From a virus (lineage: Duplodnaviria; Caudoviricetes): a stretch of 50,377 nt of DNA. Positions 20,029-28,160 of the stretch are shown here, piece by piece. Made by a program: the position numbers and the translations under genes. Under the pieces are notes generated by a model. That model searched no databases. It was not told the DNA's origin and saw nothing but the letters and a program-made list of their open reading frames with translations. Position 1 is the first letter of the stretch. Each line of letters begins with the position of its first letter. The stretch covers positions 1-50,377 of the IMG/VR virus record IMGVR_UViG_3300025518_000025. One strand, given 5' to 3'.

Positions 20029-20587
20029 TTAATACAGGATCTGGAAAAAGTATTTTTTGCGCTTTTTTAATAGCTTCATTTTTTTCATAAGTAATGCCTT
20101 TTGCAATAAAATGACCGTTGTCATTCTTAGCTCCATACAATTCAATTTTTAATGTTTGAAATGATAAGGAAGCATTACGTTCTATGAAATTCTTACGGTT
20201 AGAAGAAACAAACAATTCTAATATTTTAACCGCAATAGTGTAGCCAATAGCACTATCAAATAATTTTACCTTTTTAGCTATTATACTAGAGTAATCCGTT
20301 GTATCAATGTATAAATGATGTTGATCGAAAATTACCGTTAATACTTCTCTTACAGATTGCTCTCTAATAGAAGCCAGGAATTTATTGAAGTCTGCCATAT
20401 CCATATCTACTTCTGCAACTGCTGCATAGATATTTTCAACAGAAGCCAGCTGGTGAAATGCGTTTACTTTTCGACCTGAATCTGCTGTTTTATTTTCGGT
20501 ATCGAGAATAATTGAGCTATCAGAATCTAAAGGCACTTCCCAGCCTATTCTGTTAATTAAAGATGATATGCTTTCTTCCGAATACAT
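20006..20587 (-). CDS. Putative head-tail adaptor
   Basis: First gene after the capsid gene. Confidence 0.45.
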   Translation of the reverse strand: MYSEESISSLINRIGWEVPLDSDSSIILDTENKTADSGRKVNAFHQLASVENIYAAVAEVDMDMADFNKFLASIREQSVREVLTVIFDQHHLYIDTTDYSSIIAKKVKLFDSAIGYTIAVKILELFVSSNRKNFIERNASLSFQTLKIELYGAKNDNGHFIAKGITYEKNEAIKKAQKILFPDPVLIDGTPLW

Positions 20588-20590
20588 CTA

Positions 20591-21868
20591 TTATACCGCT
20601 TCTACAATGTTAGCTTCAAATACTAAGATTTGCTCTTCTGACAATGCGTTAATAGCATCTAACAATTTAGCATCAGTTGAAGCGATGGTTAATTTAGAAG
20701 TTGGTTTGGCTAATTTAAGCGCATCTACAACAGATTGCTTAGTGTAGCTAGTTCCTTCATAATCAAAATTAGCATCACCCTCTGTTTGAGCATCAACAGC
20801 AGCTTCTTCTGTGTCTAATAAATAGATACTATCAACATTACTGATAACCGGCAATGCTAAAGCTTGAGAAGAGGTGAATTCTGCAAATGGTTCTGATTGA
20901 TGCCATTTTTTCAACAAAATAAATCCATCTGCTTTTTCATACATAACTGATTTATTTGGACGTGTTTCCTCTGCCAAAATACCATAAACTAACTTACCAA
21001 CTTTAGTGTTTTGTAAGAACACAACGGTATTTGCTGCCCAAGGTGTTTGAATAGTTCTTACACCATCACGCTCTGTTACAACAGTTCTATCAACAATAAT
21101 TATTGATAGTTTATAACGTTTTTGTAACATGGTATTTACTTGATCAATATCTGGTACAGGAATTTGTGATCCTACAAAATTTTGACTAAACGCATATTGC
21201 TCACGTGTTTGTTGATTCATTGCTAAATTATCGAAGGTAGCTTCATCCATCATTAATACGGATAATACATTTCCTTTAGATTTAGCTTGTTTAATGATAC
21301 GTTTAATGTCGTCAATTGGTTTAGAGGTCGAATCTGACCAAGGTTTAACAGCACCAAATTTATTGGCTGCCGGATAACCGTAGTTTACTCTAATTCCTGA
21401 ACCAACATTCGTATCATCATCAACAAGTGTTAAACCTGTAGATAATCCTTGTAAGAACATAAACTCTAATTTTTCATAGATACCTAAAAGAGATTTAGTA
21501 GTATCTGCGAAAATCTTACCAACCAATATCTTAGTTTCAACGTTTCTTGCTTGAAGCACGTCAATATCAGACATTGTTTTTTCATTTAAAGATAATTTCA
21601 TTCCTAACTTTGGAATATCGCCAGAAGCGGTTCCGAATGAATCTCTTTTTTTCAATGGTAAAGCAGAATCCATTGCCACAACATCAGCTGAAACAACTGA
21701 TCCGTCAACGTTTAAGGTTTGCCATTTAAGGTCGGTTGACAATTCTTTTGTCAACATTTCTTTATGTAAATAGGTTAAAGGTGTTTTTTTACCATTAACT
21801 CTTTCTACTAAGTCTTTTGCTATTGCTTTAAAAAAAGCTGCGAACTGTACAAATAACGATTGTTCCAT
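20591..21868 (-). CDS. Major capsid protein (lambda gpE-like) with a C-terminal extension
   Basis: ADVVAMDSALPLKKR, IPKLGMK..LNE and WSDSTSKPIDDI patterns of the cap_E type. Confidence 0.88.
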   Translation of the reverse strand: MEQSLFVQFAAFFKAIAKDLVERVNGKKTPLTYLHKEMLTKELSTDLKWQTLNVDGSVVSADVVAMDSALPLKKRDSFGTASGDIPKLGMKLSLNEKTMSDIDVLQARNVETKILVGKIFADTTKSLLGIYEKLEFMFLQGLSTGLTLVDDDTNVGSGIRVNYGYPAANKFGAVKPWSDSTSKPIDDIKRIIKQAKSKGNVLSVLMMDEATFDNLAMNQQTREQYAFSQNFVGSQIPVPDIDQVNTMLQKRYKLSIIIVDRTVVTERDGVRTIQTPWAANTVVFLQNTKVGKLVYGILAEETRPNKSVMYEKADGFILLKKWHQSEPFAEFTSSQALALPVISNVDSIYLLDTEEAAVDAQTEGDANFDYEGTSYTKQSVVDALKLAKPTSKLTIASTDAKLLDAINALSEEQILVFEANIVEAV

Positions 21869-21874
21869 AACTTA

Positions 21875-22270
21875 TTAGTCTTTTGTAAATCTGATTAATG
21901 GTAATGCTGTTATTGCTCCTGCAGGAACAGCGTAAGGAGAAGCCACCTTATTAACAGTACCACGAACTAAAATAGCTGCAAATGGTTTTGTTTTTAAAAT
22001 GCTCGAAACTAACACACCTTTATAGGTATGTGATGCTGGCAATGCTGCATAATCAGCTCCAGAGACTGGCATCGGTTTTAAATTTCCTGATGATGTTTCT
22101 TCGATGATTATATGTCCAGCTTTAATAACATTAACGTCAGCTGCTACAGCTGCTACATCTAATGTTTTACCACCAGGAATTGTCTCTAGGTTTTGGATAA
22201 CAACAATGCTATCATTACTAGTGTCAACGGTTTCCTTGGTATTGTCTAAATTTCCGGTTATACCTGACAT
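21875..22270 (-). CDS. Head decoration protein
   Basis: GGKTLD..VIKAGH..RGTVN; lies between scaffold and capsid. Confidence 0.7.
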   Translation of the reverse strand: MSGITGNLDNTKETVDTSNDSIVVIQNLETIPGGKTLDVAAVAADVNVIKAGHIIIEETSSGNLKPMPVSGADYAALPASHTYKGVLVSSILKTKPFAAILVRGTVNKVASPYAVPAGAITALPLIRFTKD

Positions 22271-22295
22271 AATTGATTAAATATTAATTAACTTT

Positions 22296-22952
22296 TTAAA
22301 CTAACTCGTCAACAATTAATTTAATATCTTCGGCACTAGGTTCGTCTCCGCCTTTAGTTCTATAAGGTACTCCGCCTGAATATTGCGTTTGATCTGCAAC
22401 AGATTGTCTGATTTCTGTATATTCGGTTTCAAGGGCTTTTACTTGATCCTCAATAGGTGTTTCAGAATTCGTGTCAACACGTTTAATCCATTGTTCTTGC
22501 AACTCCGGTTTCATCCCTTTTAAAATTTCAGAACTTCCAAAAAGCTTAGTGGCTGTTTGGATTTTGGTTTCTGTAACCTTACCTTTTTCAAGATTATCAA
22601 CCTTTTCTAACAATGCTTTTGCCCACGCTGGAGCATCGTCATCATTTTTCTTTTTAGATGGGTCTTCCTCTTCTTCATCCTCTTTTTTACCAACATTTTT
22701 TGCTAACAACTCTGTTTTTGCCTTATTGTCCGCTTCAAGAGTTCTTGCTCTATCATCGTCCTTAGCAATTTCTTCGATGCTTATAACATCGTTAAAATCA
22801 TTGATTACTACATCAATTGCAGCATCGTCTGCATCGTCAGCTGGTTTTTTAGCAAGTTTATCCGCAATTGCGTCTAACCTTTTTTGAGATAAGTTAGCCT
22901 TAGGAAATAATGCCTTAAGTCTAGCCTTAATGATTTCTGGTTTTACTGCCAT
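22296..22952 (-). CDS. Capsid scaffolding protein
   Basis: Acidic, helical, with a PAWAKALL motif; upstream of the capsid genes. Confidence 0.7.
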   Translation of the reverse strand: MAVKPEIIKARLKALFPKANLSQKRLDAIADKLAKKPADDADDAAIDVVINDFNDVISIEEIAKDDDRARTLEADNKAKTELLAKNVGKKEDEEEEDPSKKKNDDDAPAWAKALLEKVDNLEKGKVTETKIQTATKLFGSSEILKGMKPELQEQWIKRVDTNSETPIEDQVKALETEYTEIRQSVADQTQYSGGVPYRTKGGDEPSAEDIKLIVDELV

Positions 22953-22989
22953 AAGAAATTTAATTAAATTATTGATTTATAACTTTTAA

Positions 22990-22997
22990 CAAATGTA
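22990..22997 (-). promoter_or_regulatory. -7 promoter element for the head/tail operon
   Basis: TACATTTG matches TAnnTTTG. Confidence 0.7.
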
Positions 22998-23004
22998 ATA
23001 AATT

Positions 23005-23037
23005 ATTTCTTATTTAGAATCATTCTAAATAAGGAAT
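23005..23037. promoter_or_regulatory. Palindromic operator (Fur-box-like), copy 2
   Basis: ATTTCTTATTTAGAAT-C-ATTCTAAATAAGGAAT; one mismatch in the arms. Confidence 0.8.
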
Positions 23038-23045
23038 TTTAACAC

Positions 23046-23074
23046 AAAAAAACCACCCGTTTTATGAGTGGTTT
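23046..23074 (-). terminator. Intrinsic terminator after the portal gene
   Basis: AAACCAC..GTGGTTT stem with a U-tract on the minus strand. Confidence 0.75.
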
Positions 23075-23088
23075 GGTTAACTTAAATC

Positions 23089-24495
23089 TTAAACAGTTAC
23101 AGGTGTCTCTGTTTTAGTTTTAGACTTAGCTTCCTTTTCAATTTCAGTAATCTCATTAACCGCATTCCCTGTCATATCTAGATATTCAACAGCTGTTTTT
23201 AAACTCATAACCCCTGCAGTTCTTGCTTTTGCTATATTTTCAATTGCTTCTTTTAAATCATTTGGTAAAATAGAATTGAATTCCACTTTAATAAGCGTGT
23301 CTTTAACTTGGCTAGCTAGTTTTGTTTCTGTGGTTTTTGCAATTCCAGAGATCAATACTTTAATAATTCGCTGAACCATTGTTCTGTTATCACCCTCATT
23401 CATGGCGGCTTTTATTCTAGGATCTAAAAATAATAATTCTAAAGCAACACCCGAAAGGCCTCCTATACTTCCTTTTAAGTTATCAAATGATAAGTTTGGA
23501 GTACAGGATATAGAATAAATTGCAGCTTCTAATAGTTCTATTTCCAATTTAACACTTTCCGGAGCGTTGCTATTGGTTAAGAATTCTGCATCGCCATGTA
23601 TCGTTTTTCCACTGTCTGCATCGACTTCTTTCATTGGAAACTTTAATGTTTTTCCATCATCATTTCTATCCGGCAAATTGGTTACTTCACCATATAATTT
23701 TAATAAAGGATAACCGGAATAATCATTACTTGCACCTAATTTTGATAAAGCCGTTTCATAACGATCTATCAAACTTTGTACATCATACCACTCTGGTTCG
23801 TCTTGAGATAGATATACGATAGGAATTTTGCTAAATCCATGTGGTAATTTATCAATTAAGGCAAATGATCCTGATACATCGCTACATTTATAACACAATT
23901 CATTGGTCCAAATCCAGGTATGTTTAACGGTTTTATCGCCATCTTTTGTTGTAAAAGACCAGGTGAAAGCTGCCATATCTCCATCATCATCAAAATAAGG
24001 AGCCATTGATCCGTTTTCATTGGTTAAAAGTTTTAGTTTAATGTCTTTTACCTTTGTATTTTCAATAGTTACCACATCTTTGATATAAAACTGAATAGCA
24101 ACTTCTGTTTGGCTTTTTTGAACAATTTTAGCCTTTTGAATTTTATCATCAATTCTATTTTCATCCCAAAGTGATAATACCTTTTGAAATAAATCATTTG
24201 GTTTTTCAATTGATAAGGTTACCGGTTGCCCAACTTCAAAAGCACATGCTGTGTTTACAATCTTTTTTTGAAATGGTACAATTGCTCTAATTGCTTTCAC
24301 TGTTTTAGATTTCTCACCTTCGCCAACTTGCTTGTCTTTTTGAATAAGACCCACTTGCGACTGTCTAATGGTGCGATCTAACACTTTGTATTCTTTGATG
24401 TGCTTTTCTATTTTAGCACTGTCTTTTTTTGAAGTTAAAAAAGTTTTAATAGCTTTTTCAGGTTCTAATTCTAGTAGTTTTAATAATTCGTCCAT
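23089..24495 (-). CDS. Portal protein (SPP1 gp6-like)
   Basis: PHGFSKIPIVY, LIDRYETALS, YSISCTPNLSF and SGVAL motifs. Confidence 0.92.
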   Translation of the reverse strand: MDELLKLLELEPEKAIKTFLTSKKDSAKIEKHIKEYKVLDRTIRQSQVGLIQKDKQVGEGEKSKTVKAIRAIVPFQKKIVNTACAFEVGQPVTLSIEKPNDLFQKVLSLWDENRIDDKIQKAKIVQKSQTEVAIQFYIKDVVTIENTKVKDIKLKLLTNENGSMAPYFDDDGDMAAFTWSFTTKDGDKTVKHTWIWTNELCYKCSDVSGSFALIDKLPHGFSKIPIVYLSQDEPEWYDVQSLIDRYETALSKLGASNDYSGYPLLKLYGEVTNLPDRNDDGKTLKFPMKEVDADSGKTIHGDAEFLTNSNAPESVKLEIELLEAAIYSISCTPNLSFDNLKGSIGGLSGVALELLFLDPRIKAAMNEGDNRTMVQRIIKVLISGIAKTTETKLASQVKDTLIKVEFNSILPNDLKEAIENIAKARTAGVMSLKTAVEYLDMTGNAVNEITEIEKEAKSKTKTETPVTV

Positions 24496-24500
24496 GATTT

Positions 24501-25970
24501 TTAGTAATTAATTCCCATTTGGGAGAGTGATTTAGTTGTTGTGTGAATTTGCGGTTGATTGTTGTAGGCCATGTGTCCGTATCTTGAAGAATCCCAAAAG
24601 TGATTCCAGTCATCGATAGGCTGGTTTATGGCGATACCGTTTATTTCTTTTAATCGATAATTTTCCTGCTCTTTTTTAACTTGAGGATATAAATGATTTT
24701 TAACAATGTGTATTTTTTTACTTTTCATTGACAGTAAATGAAACATAACACTTTTTGTTTTGCTTACTTTTTTAGTGTTCCAACCGCCTTTATTTAAAGC
24801 TTTCACCATTTCAACCGTTCCTTTGTTTTCTCCTGTGTATTTGTCTGAACTATCACATATAATTAAATCACCTAAATCAAAGTCTGATTTATTTGGCTTT
24901 ACTCCAACAGCTTTTAATACTTCAATTAATTCATCTGATGTTTCAATAGGTGCATAAATCAACGGTTCTATATAAATATTATACGCATCTTCTGCATATT
25001 TATTTAAGCTGTTCGGATCTGTTGTAAATCCAAAGTCATTGGTGTAAATGTGGGCCAAATCTGGAAACTCATCAATCCATTCTACATGCTGGAACACCAC
25101 ACCTTTCATGGCACCACGTAAACCAAGTCCGTACACTTTCCACATAAACTCATCGGCAGTACCATTATTGATGTTTGTAGGATGTGGAGGCGGATAGTTT
25201 GTTTTACTTATTGGCTCTACTTTGTTTGTGGCTTTATTATAACAATGGATAACACTGTCTTTGATGATGTAGGAACCAGGCTTCCATGGTTCGTAAGAAA
25301 GTATTTTGTTTTTTTCTTGCGGACTTATAAACGGATTGTCTAAGAAAGTGGTTCTTAAAAACCCAACATCAGGTCTGTTAAGTACTTTATCAAAAAACCA
25401 ATGTTCTGTAACACTTGGGTTGTAATCTGACCACCAAAACTTACGACAACGCATCTCAACGTGATCAAAAACAGATTGCTTAATAAACATTATTTCATTA
25501 AAGAACGCATAATCACAACCACCACCATGCTTCCCATCACCTAAGAAATAAATAGTACTACCATTTATTTTGAAACTCTTTATTTCTTCTGCATTATGAA
25601 ATTTATTAGGTAATCCATAATCATCCAAACGCCTTTTAAAATCATCGTATAAGGTTGTTTTAAACTCATTGTAAGTTTCTCTGTAAATATTGATGGTACA
25701 TTTAGTTTCTACGAATAAACAAAGCCAAATAATAATATCTACGCCAGCCCACGTTTTCCCGGAACGAGAGGAACCCTCTAAGGCACAACCTCTAAAACCA
25801 CCTATTAGTTCATCATAACGGTTATATTGTTGCTCGTTGATTGCATTAAATAGAAATTTATAGTTAGGATTCGTAATTGCATCAATATTTTTTAATTGAC
25901 TGCGAAACAAGTCTATATCTCTTTCTTTTAAAAGAGTTTCTAATTCTATTATTTCAGCATCAGTGAGCAA
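24501..25970 (-). CDS. terL: Terminase large subunit (PBSX-like), TTG start
   Basis: Walker A GSSRSGKT, Walker B AFFNE, DYNP, nuclease DFGF and NHFWDSSRY. Confidence 0.93.
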   Translation of the reverse strand: MLTDAEIIELETLLKERDIDLFRSQLKNIDAITNPNYKFLFNAINEQQYNRYDELIGGFRGCALEGSSRSGKTWAGVDIIIWLCLFVETKCTINIYRETYNEFKTTLYDDFKRRLDDYGLPNKFHNAEEIKSFKINGSTIYFLGDGKHGGGCDYAFFNEIMFIKQSVFDHVEMRCRKFWWSDYNPSVTEHWFFDKVLNRPDVGFLRTTFLDNPFISPQEKNKILSYEPWKPGSYIIKDSVIHCYNKATNKVEPISKTNYPPPHPTNINNGTADEFMWKVYGLGLRGAMKGVVFQHVEWIDEFPDLAHIYTNDFGFTTDPNSLNKYAEDAYNIYIEPLIYAPIETSDELIEVLKAVGVKPNKSDFDLGDLIICDSSDKYTGENKGTVEMVKALNKGGWNTKKVSKTKSVMFHLLSMKSKKIHIVKNHLYPQVKKEQENYRLKEINGIAINQPIDDWNHFWDSSRYGHMAYNNQPQIHTTTKSLSQMGINY

Positions 25971-25974
25971 CTTA

Positions 25975-26232
25975 TTAAACTATTTTTATTAATTTATGAT
26001 GAATCATAAAGCGTACTTTTTCTTCAATATGCAGTTTTTTTTTACGACCAAAAGCACGTTTTTTATGCTGTATTAAATAAAATTGATCAACAATTTTTTG
26101 CCGTTCTATTGGATCATTGAGCTTGTATTTCTTAATAACAGCTTTTACCTGTCTTTTTTGGTTTCTTTTTCTAATTAGAAACTGCATTCTAACAGTTATT
26201 TTTCTCTTTAACAATTGAAGTTGTTTAATCAT
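25975..26232 (-). CDS. Basic hypothetical protein
   Basis: K/R-rich 85-aa ORF coupled to its neighbours. Confidence 0.6.
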   Translation of the reverse strand: MIKQLQLLKRKITVRMQFLIRKRNQKRQVKAVIKKYKLNDPIERQKIVDQFYLIQHKKRAFGRKKKLHIEEKVRFMIHHKLIKIV

Positions 26233-26380
26233 CGATGTAACTTTTTAAAGATATTTCTAGATCATTTAATTCATTTTCTGCAAAATCGAGAACTGCTAAA
26301 CCGATTAACTCAGGGTTTGATGTTTCTCTAAGTTCACCTTCAATTTCTATATATACTTTACCGTTTTTTATTTGTATCAT
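26225..26380 (-). CDS. Small acidic protein, 51 aa (not in the ORF track)
   Basis: Hand translation MIQIKNGKVYIEIEGELRETSNPELIGLAVLDFAENELNDLEISLKSYIDD; fills the gap after the ACP gene. Confidence 0.7.
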   Translation of the reverse strand: MIQIKNGKVYIEIEGELRETSNPELIGLAVLDFAENELNDLEISLKSYIDD

Positions 26381-26394
26381 AATAGTTAAGTTAA

Positions 26395-26637
26395 CTACTT
26401 GTTAATACCACTCAATAATTCTCCTACGGTACGTACTCTTTCAATATTTTGATCGTTTACCTGTACATTAAATTCATATTCCACTTCCATTACTAATTCA
26501 ACAACATCTAGCGAGTCAAGACCTAACTCATCATATAGAACTGTACTTGATTTAACCTCAAAATTATCGGTCAATTCTGATTTATTTCTGATGACTTTTA
26601 TTAATTCATCTAGCGTAATTTGTCTTCTTTCTTCCAT
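26395..26637 (-). CDS. Acyl carrier protein (AcpP-like)
   Basis: LGLDSLDVVELVMEVEYEF with the phosphopantetheine Ser; C-terminal TVGE; 80 aa, acidic. Confidence 0.92.
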   Translation of the reverse strand: MEERRQITLDELIKVIRNKSELTDNFEVKSSTVLYDELGLDSLDVVELVMEVEYEFNVQVNDQNIERVRTVGELLSGINK

Positions 26638-26678
26638 TTTGTTTAGTTTTTAGTACATTGAGTTTATTATTATTTTTG

Positions 26679-26788
26679 TGGAGAAGAACGGATTCGAACC
26701 GCTGACCTTCCAAAATTGGCGCTCTAACCTTTGACACTAATTACACTGCAAGAACCATTGTTTGTGTGTATCGCTGAGCTACTTCCCC
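26679..26788 (-). ncRNA. tRNA-like RNA: Ala-type acceptor stem, expanded D-loop, truncated anticodon arm
   Basis: GGGGAAG UA GCUC AG [44 nt] GG UUA GAGC G CCAAUUUUGGA AGGUC AGCGG UUCGAAU CCGUU CUUCUCC A. Confidence 0.85.
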
Positions 26789-26793
26789 ATTTA

Positions 26794-26820
26794 AAAAAGC
26801 CATTAAAAAAATGGCTTTTT
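26794..26820. terminator. Bidirectional terminator-like hairpin
   Basis: AAAAAGCCATT-AAAAA-AATGGCTTTTT. Confidence 0.75.
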
Positions 26821-26836
26821 GTATAAATTATATTCT

Positions 26837-27220
26837 TTAACAATCAGCTCTAATTGATTTATAAAGTTTTAGTGAGTTTTGTGTAAAATGTAAATTATAA
26901 TTATCCTTTAACTTTTGCCGATAATGTTTCTTGACTGTGTTTTGATTAGAACCTACTAACACGGCATTCAAACCACTTTTCGAGAATACTCTCGCATCCT
27001 CTTTATCAACAAAATACAAATTACATTGAACATCATTTGCATCGATAATTAAAGATGCTAACTGAAAATCAGCTACTACAATTACATCATTAGTTACAGC
27101 ACTGAATTGCTGGACTACTTCTGTTTTTTGCTTCGGTTCCGGTGTGGCTGTAGTATTTGCCATGACCGTGAAACTAATCATCCCGATTAATAACATAAAG
27201 AACCAATTGAATTGCTTCAT
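26837..27220 (-). CDS. Secreted hypothetical protein
   Basis: Sec signal peptide MKQFNWFFMLLIGMISFTVMA. Confidence 0.7.
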   Translation of the reverse strand: MKQFNWFFMLLIGMISFTVMANTTATPEPKQKTEVVQQFSAVTNDVIVVADFQLASLIIDANDVQCNLYFVDKEDARVFSKSGLNAVLVGSNQNTVKKHYRQKLKDNYNLHFTQNSLKLYKSIRADC

Positions 27221-27227
27221 AATACAT

Positions 27228-27270
27228 CAAAAATAACATATTTTATTATTATTTTGTAAAATATGTTATT
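27228..27270 (-). promoter_or_regulatory. -7 element overlapped by a 14-bp inverted repeat
   Basis: TATTTTTG at 27228-27235; AATAACATATTTTA-N11-TAAAATATGTTATT at 27232-27270. Confidence 0.55.
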
Positions 27271-27290
27271 ATAGTTATAAAAAAATTTAA

Positions 27291-27746
27291 CTATTTTTTC
27301 AACGCTTTAGCTACTAACTGTGCAATACGTTTTTCTCTTTCTTCTGAATCTGTGCTGTTAGTAAGAATCAACGGACTTTCTTTATCGCCTTTTAACACCG
27401 TTACTCGATCTGGATACAAGCCCTCTAATTTATTTATTTCCTTTTTAATGCGATTTATTACCGCCAAACCTTGTGGAGTGCCTTTGTACGATTCTTTTAA
27501 TGATCGTGCATCTTGTTTTAATTCTGCAATCCTTAAAGCTCTTTTTTGCGCAATAGATGATTCTTCTTCTTTGTGCCAGGATTCATACGCTTTTTTTAAA
27601 AGATTTTTGGCTTGTCTGCGCTTTACATCAAATTGTTGCTCACAGTTTTTTAATATCAAATAGTCAGGCACACCAGAGATAATCCAACCTTGAATGGTGA
27701 ACACTCTTTTTTCGGTTTCTAATTTTGTGGACCTGCTTCCAGCCAT
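27291..27746 (-). CDS. Putative terminase small subunit
   Basis: N-terminal HTH-like region, NKLEGLY and GDKESPL motifs; upstream of terL. Confidence 0.6.
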   Translation of the reverse strand: MAGSRSTKLETEKRVFTIQGWIISGVPDYLILKNCEQQFDVKRRQAKNLLKKAYESWHKEEESSIAQKRALRIAELKQDARSLKESYKGTPQGLAVINRIKKEINKLEGLYPDRVTVLKGDKESPLILTNSTDSEEREKRIAQLVAKALKK

Positions 27747-27753
27747 AGTGCTT

Positions 27754-27990
27754 TTAATTACTTGGGAACATGTATTTGATCACTGAAATATGTCGACTTA
27801 GCTCTGTAATTCTATCGCGAAGTTTGATAGCTTCCTTTTCTCGCATTTGTCTAATTTCATTGTCTGAATCTTGAATAGCTTGAGGGTCATAAGCTTTTAA
27901 AGCAGCTTCAAAAATACCTTTTTCTTCTTCTAAATATTTTACAATAGTATCTCTCATTTCTATTAGAATTAAATAATTAGTTTCTGCCAT
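27754..27990 (-). CDS. Coiled-coil hypothetical protein (probable start MAETN at 27990)
   Basis: Part of track ORF 27754..28038; the internal ATG follows an A-rich leader. Confidence 0.6.
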   Translation of the reverse strand: MAETNYLILIEMRDTIVKYLEEEKGIFEAALKAYDPQAIQDSDNEIRQMREKEAIKLRDRITELSRHISVIKYMFPSN

Positions 27991-28047
27991 TTTCAAATAT
28001 TTAATATTACTTGGCATAAAAGTAATAAAAACTTTCATTCAACCGGT

Positions 28048-28160
28048 ACGGTGACCGAAGTCACCGTTAATCTTTTCAGGAGTTTTGATTAAGGTTCAAA
28101 ACAGTCTCAAAAGGTTCTCGCGTTACCGAGAACAGAAAATACAGCATAAAACCTGCTATA
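28048..28160 (-). ncRNA. Putative structured cis-regulatory RNA (four hairpins)
   Basis: ACGGUGAC-UUCG-GUCACCGU, GUUUUGA/UCAAAAC, GUUCUCG/CGAGAAC and UAUAGCA/UGCUGUA stems. Confidence 0.55.

Noticed and set aside
26679-26788. Calling the element a canonical tRNA, an intron-containing tRNA or tmRNA
   Set aside because: There is no 7-nt anticodon loop; removing the D-loop insert would not restore one; no tag reading frame or pseudoknot region is present
28048-28133. Hammerhead ribozyme
   Set aside because: CUGAAAAG does not match the CUGANGA core, and the GAAA/UH junction geometry is missing
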